A stretch of DNA of 63,790 nucleotides, filler included, from Chiloscyllium plagiosum (taxonomy: Eukaryota): the NCBI RefSeq assembly GCF_004010195.1. It is 3 parts of one record of this genome, joined end to end, with 100 filler letters (N's around TTAATTAATTAA, not from the genome) between each part and the next. Parts side by side here need not be neighbours in the genome. Positions count along the whole stretch, not along the records: positions 55,028 to 63,790 come from NC_057713.1; 2 more parts are not named here. The stretch is one strand, 5' to 3'. The notes beneath the pieces are model-generated. The model was given only the letters and a program-made list of their open reading frames with translations. It searched no databases and was not told the DNA's origin. Positions 60,111-63,790 of this stretch are shown here, in pieces. Both the position numbers and the translations under genes were made by a program. Within the stretch, counting starts at the first letter, position 1, and the number at the start of each line of letters is the position of its first letter.

Positions 60111-60861
60111 CTCCTTATTCAGCAGAGACAAAGTGTTCAGCCTGGAACATTCAAGTCTATACTGATCACTCAAATACTTCCTTTAATTCAATTCTACAGT
60201 CTTCTTGTAGTTATTCTGTTGATTTAAAATGCTTTTTTGAAAGGACTTAATTTTACCTGAACATATTATTTGTGTTCTTGCTTCTTAGATACATAAGAAA
60301 ACTCTCCTTTCCAACACAAAATCGATAACAAAAAAAAAGTTTCAAGGCACTTCCCATGTGACAAAGCTCTAATCTTTCTTGAAAAAGAAATTATCTAAAC
60401 TGTTTTCAACAAAATGTATTATCCTCTCCCTCTCCTTATGCTTAACCTCTCCTGGCTCAAACGTTCAGTGAATGGGAGAGGGAGGGAGTGAAGAGCTTAT
60501 TATTAACTGTGTAAGTACTGAAAACCTTTGGGATTGTTCAAATCACCTGGCAGCTTTGATGTTACATTTGGAGTCAGAATGCAACCATCAGCTCCCAGCA
60601 AAGAGTATTAGGCAGCCCAGGGGCAGCAAGTTAACCTTGTTGGCTTCATTAGGGCTAGTGACTTGGGAAAACCACTGTTGCTTTCAGTGAATCATTCAAC
60701 TTTACCTTTGACTTGGCAGCTCATTATGAGATACCTGCACCTTGTGGGAGTCAGTGACACCTGCAGGCCACGAGGATCGATAAAAGCAACTTCAGATAAC
60801 TGTTAGTTGATCGACTGATAATTTGGTCTATTATTGCCACTGTAAAAAATCACTGTGAAAA

Positions 60862-61241
60862 TCAGGAATGTGGGGGAGGGAGGAAGGGGGCTGAGGGATA
60901 AATAGGAAGGACAGTGGTGGATTTGGGGGGGGTGGCTGGGAAGAAGGCAATAGGTAGATGCAAGTAGGGGGTGATGGTGATAGGCAGCTGTTCCGACCTA
61001 TCACCATCAACCTCCCCCCATCTGCTTCTAGCTATCGCCTTCCCAACTACCTACCCCCCAACCCCACCCTCACTTGTATCTATCTCTTAGCAACCCCTAC
61101 CCCACTCCAATATTCCTGATGAAGGACTTATGCCTGAAACGTCAACTCTCCTGCTTCCTCGGATGCTGCCTGACCTGCTGTGCTTTTCCGGCACCACACT
61201 TTTCAACTCTGATCTCCAGCATCTGCAGTCCTCACTTTCTC
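60862..61241 (+). mobile_element. Penelope-like 3'UTR/terminal repeat with an inverted upstream copy
   Basis: 60865-60985 is an inverted copy of 60995-61115; hammerhead core CTGATGA..GAAACGTC at 61116-61143. Confidence 0.85.
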
Positions 61242-61311
61242 CAGACTGTGTCCAGAATCAAACTGCTCTAGTGACTATGCAGGTGTATAAAGATTTTTAT
61301 GAATAAAGTAT

Positions 61312-63190
61312 CCCAGCAGAATACTTTTCGACTCACAGTCTTTACGTATGTAGAACAAACAAACCCAAGGCATTGCCTACTTACACAAGATTATATTACA
61401 TGCATTTGAGACACCAGGTGGATCCAATAACTGAACTGACCCCCACTGTACTTGACTGAAAGCCCTCAGACGGTGGTCTTTCCTCACTGGGCCTTGGCGA
61501 CAGCTGCCCCAAACTTTAGTGCATCCCTCAGCATGTAGTCCTGGATTTTGCAATATGCCAGTCTGCAACACTTGGTAAGGGTCAACTCCTTGCTCTGGAA
61601 GGCGAACAAGTTTTGGACAGACCAAAGAGCATCTTACACTAAATTAATGGTCCTCCAGGTACTGTCAATGTTTATCTGTGTGTGTTTTCTGGGAAGCAGA
61701 CCATAGAGCAAAGAGTCCTGTGTCACGGAACTGCTCAGGACAAACCTTGACAAAAAACCATTGCATCTGTATTTCAACCTCCTTTGCAAAGGCAGATTCC
61801 AGTGGGAAATGTGTGACAGTCTCAATCCTACCGCCCTGCAGCTGCTTCGAGAGCAGCGTGCAGTGGTGCAGAGATTCTGGGCATACATGAAGGATATCTC
61901 AGCACCAGCCAACTGGTGTCTTGGTACTTGATGGGAAATTCTGGTGATGAACAGTCTGCCAAATGACTTTGACAGTCTGCTCAGGGAACAACTTGATGGA
62001 ATCCACCCTCTCCTTTTCCCGCAGTGTCTCAAGAATGCTATGTGCTGATCACTTCCTGATGGACTCGTGGTCAAAGGTGTTTCTCTTAGCAAATTTTCCC
62101 ACAAAGGACAGGTGATAGGGAACAGTCCAACTACTGTGGCCAGTCCCATCCTTTGCCACACACAGGGAGAACCTCAGTATGTAGTGACATTTGGTGTTTG
62201 CATATTGAGAGTCTACACACAGCTTGATACAGTTAAACATGAAGGTGGTCATCAGGATGAGGACAGCTTGGGGTACATCCCCCCCCACCCCCACCTCCGT
62301 ATCCAAAGTTTTGTATATGGTGTCTCTGTGGACACAGTCCATTCAGATGAAGTGGAAAATGGTTCGGGTGACTACAATGGCACAAGTTCAGGGAATGGGC
62401 CAGACCTGTTCCATGTACAATAACAGAGGAGTGTCTCATACCTGATGACCAGGTTTTCACCTGCATGGAGAGGGAATGGTGCTCCCAAAAGACCAGTTTC
62501 TGCCTTACCTTGGCAATGTGCTCCTCCCAATTGTTTGCCCACGCCACACCCCTCTGATTACTTTCAGGTAATCTGTCCTGATGGTGTAGGGGATAAAGGA
62601 TTGGGTCAGCCCAGTTCCCAAAGAACATGGCCTTGTACTTGCCTTGATATACCTTGTCTCCTGAGGCCAGTTCAAACTGATCAAGATGCTCATGAGTCTG
62701 CACACTGACGGTGGATCTGAACAGAAAATGGTGCCATCATTCATCTACAGGGAGGTTTTGACCTACTGGCCTCTGCTGCCTAGCATAGTCAGACCTCTCA
62801 GGCCCGCATCCTTCCTGATGGACTTGGCAAAAGGTTTTATACAACACACGAACATAGCAGGAGAGAGTGGGTGGCCCTACCTGACTCCAGATCTGATTGG
62901 GAACCTTTCTGATTCCCACCCATTGATTGAGACTGTGTAAAGATATTGGATGTAGAGCAGTTGGATCCAATTACGGATTCTCTCCTCAAAGCCCATTTTG
63001 GAGAGCACATCCCACATGTCAGTGTGCGATATCCTGTCAAAGGCCTTCTCCCGCTCCAGGCTGATGAGGCAGGCATCCACCCCCTCTTTCTTGCACAGAT
63101 GCGACCGTATCCCTGAAGGCCATGAGGATCTCAGAGATCATCCTGCCCAATACAGCACAGGTTTGCTTGGGGTGAATCAGTGATCCCACA
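61312..63190 (-). mobile_element. Tx1/L1-clade LINE ORF2 (RT plus C-terminal Cys region) and 3'UTR, decayed
   Basis: DACLISLEREKAFDRISH..INGWESERFPIRSGVR; CGGRIETVTHFPLESAFA; TWRTINLV; ..AKAQ*GKTTV*. Confidence 0.88.
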
Positions 63191-63545
63191 GATAGCGTGG
63201 CCTTGCAGTCATTCCGTCCTCTATCATGGAGGTCTTAGACAACTGCACATGGGAGAGACTGGATCAGCCATTATCACCGGATGAGCTGACCAAAGCCCTT
63301 GAGTCCTTATAAAAGAATAAAACTCTCAGAAATGACAGCTTACTGGCCAAGTTGTATTCAGCTCTGTGGGACTTGATTGGCCAGGACCTGCTGGAGGTGC
63401 ATGTTTCTGGCAGGTATCATGAGAGAATCCATGAGAAACAGTGTTATCACCCTCTTATATCAGTAGAAGGGATCGAGGGAGAAAATTAGAAATTGGCAAC
63501 CAATTTCACTGCTGAATACAGATTATAAAATCTTGTCTAAGGTTA
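63191..63545 (+). mobile_element. Inverted upstream segment of the same Tx1/L1 ORF2
   Basis: ERLDQPLSPDELTKALESL*KNKT..LYSALWDLIGQDLLEV..NWQPISLLNTDYKILSKV, the RT region directly preceding the start of the minus-strand body. Confidence 0.82.
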
Positions 63546-63790
63546 CTGAAATCCATATAGATCACATCTACTGCTCTGCCCTCATCAATCTTCTTTGTTA
63601 TTTCATCAAAAAACTCAATCAAGTTTGTGAGACATGATTTCCCATGCACAAAGCCATGTTGACTATCCCTAATCAGTCCTTGCCTTTCCAAATACATGTA
63701 CATCCTGTCCCTCAGGATTCCCTCCAACAACTTGCCCACCACCGAGGTCAGGCTCACCGGTCTATAGTTCCCTGGCTTGTCTTTACCACC
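63546..63790 (-). mobile_element. CR1 RT fragment (runs off the window end)
   Basis: NYRPVSLTSVVGKLLEGIL..SQHGF..SCLTNLIEFF..VDVIYMDFS. Confidence 0.93.

Noticed and set aside
9195..61241. Recurring gctggaaaagcacagc-type repeats as a possible CRISPR-like array
   Set aside because: They are dispersed, in both orientations, with TSDs and links to RT/GIY-YIG coding sequence. They are PLE termini in a vertebrate genome.

Overview
Vertebrate genomic DNA, almost certainly from a shark (elasmobranch). This is inferred from HE1-type V-SINEs with (AATCT)n tails, shark-type CR1 LINEs and Deu-domain SINEs. The window is intronic or intergenic and dominated by nested, decayed transposable elements. These include many CR1 LINE pieces, among them one 5' end with a zinc-finger ORF1 and one SGNH-esterase ORF1. 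Also present are a second CR1/L2-group LINE, L2, an RTE/BovB-type LINE, a Tx1/L1-clade LINE with inverted end segments, a Gypsy gag-pro relic, two solo-LTR-like elements, three PIF/Harbinger Myb/SANT gene relics, a Tigger-like MITE and several SINE families. The most notable signal is a large set of Penelope-like (PLE) insertions, 72 bp to 1.4 kb long, many with 12-16 bp target-site duplications. Their terminal repeats carry a minimal type I hammerhead ribozyme (CUGANGA-A-stem II-GAAA-palindromic stem III). The motif occurs in three families with different but complementary stem II sequences, and some insertions are little more than the ribozyme. A CpG island at about 26.0-26.5 kb and a few splice-flanked open segments suggest host transcription units that I cannot name. 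No intact protein-coding gene is supported. Two N-gaps contain an artificial TTAATTAATTAA spacer.
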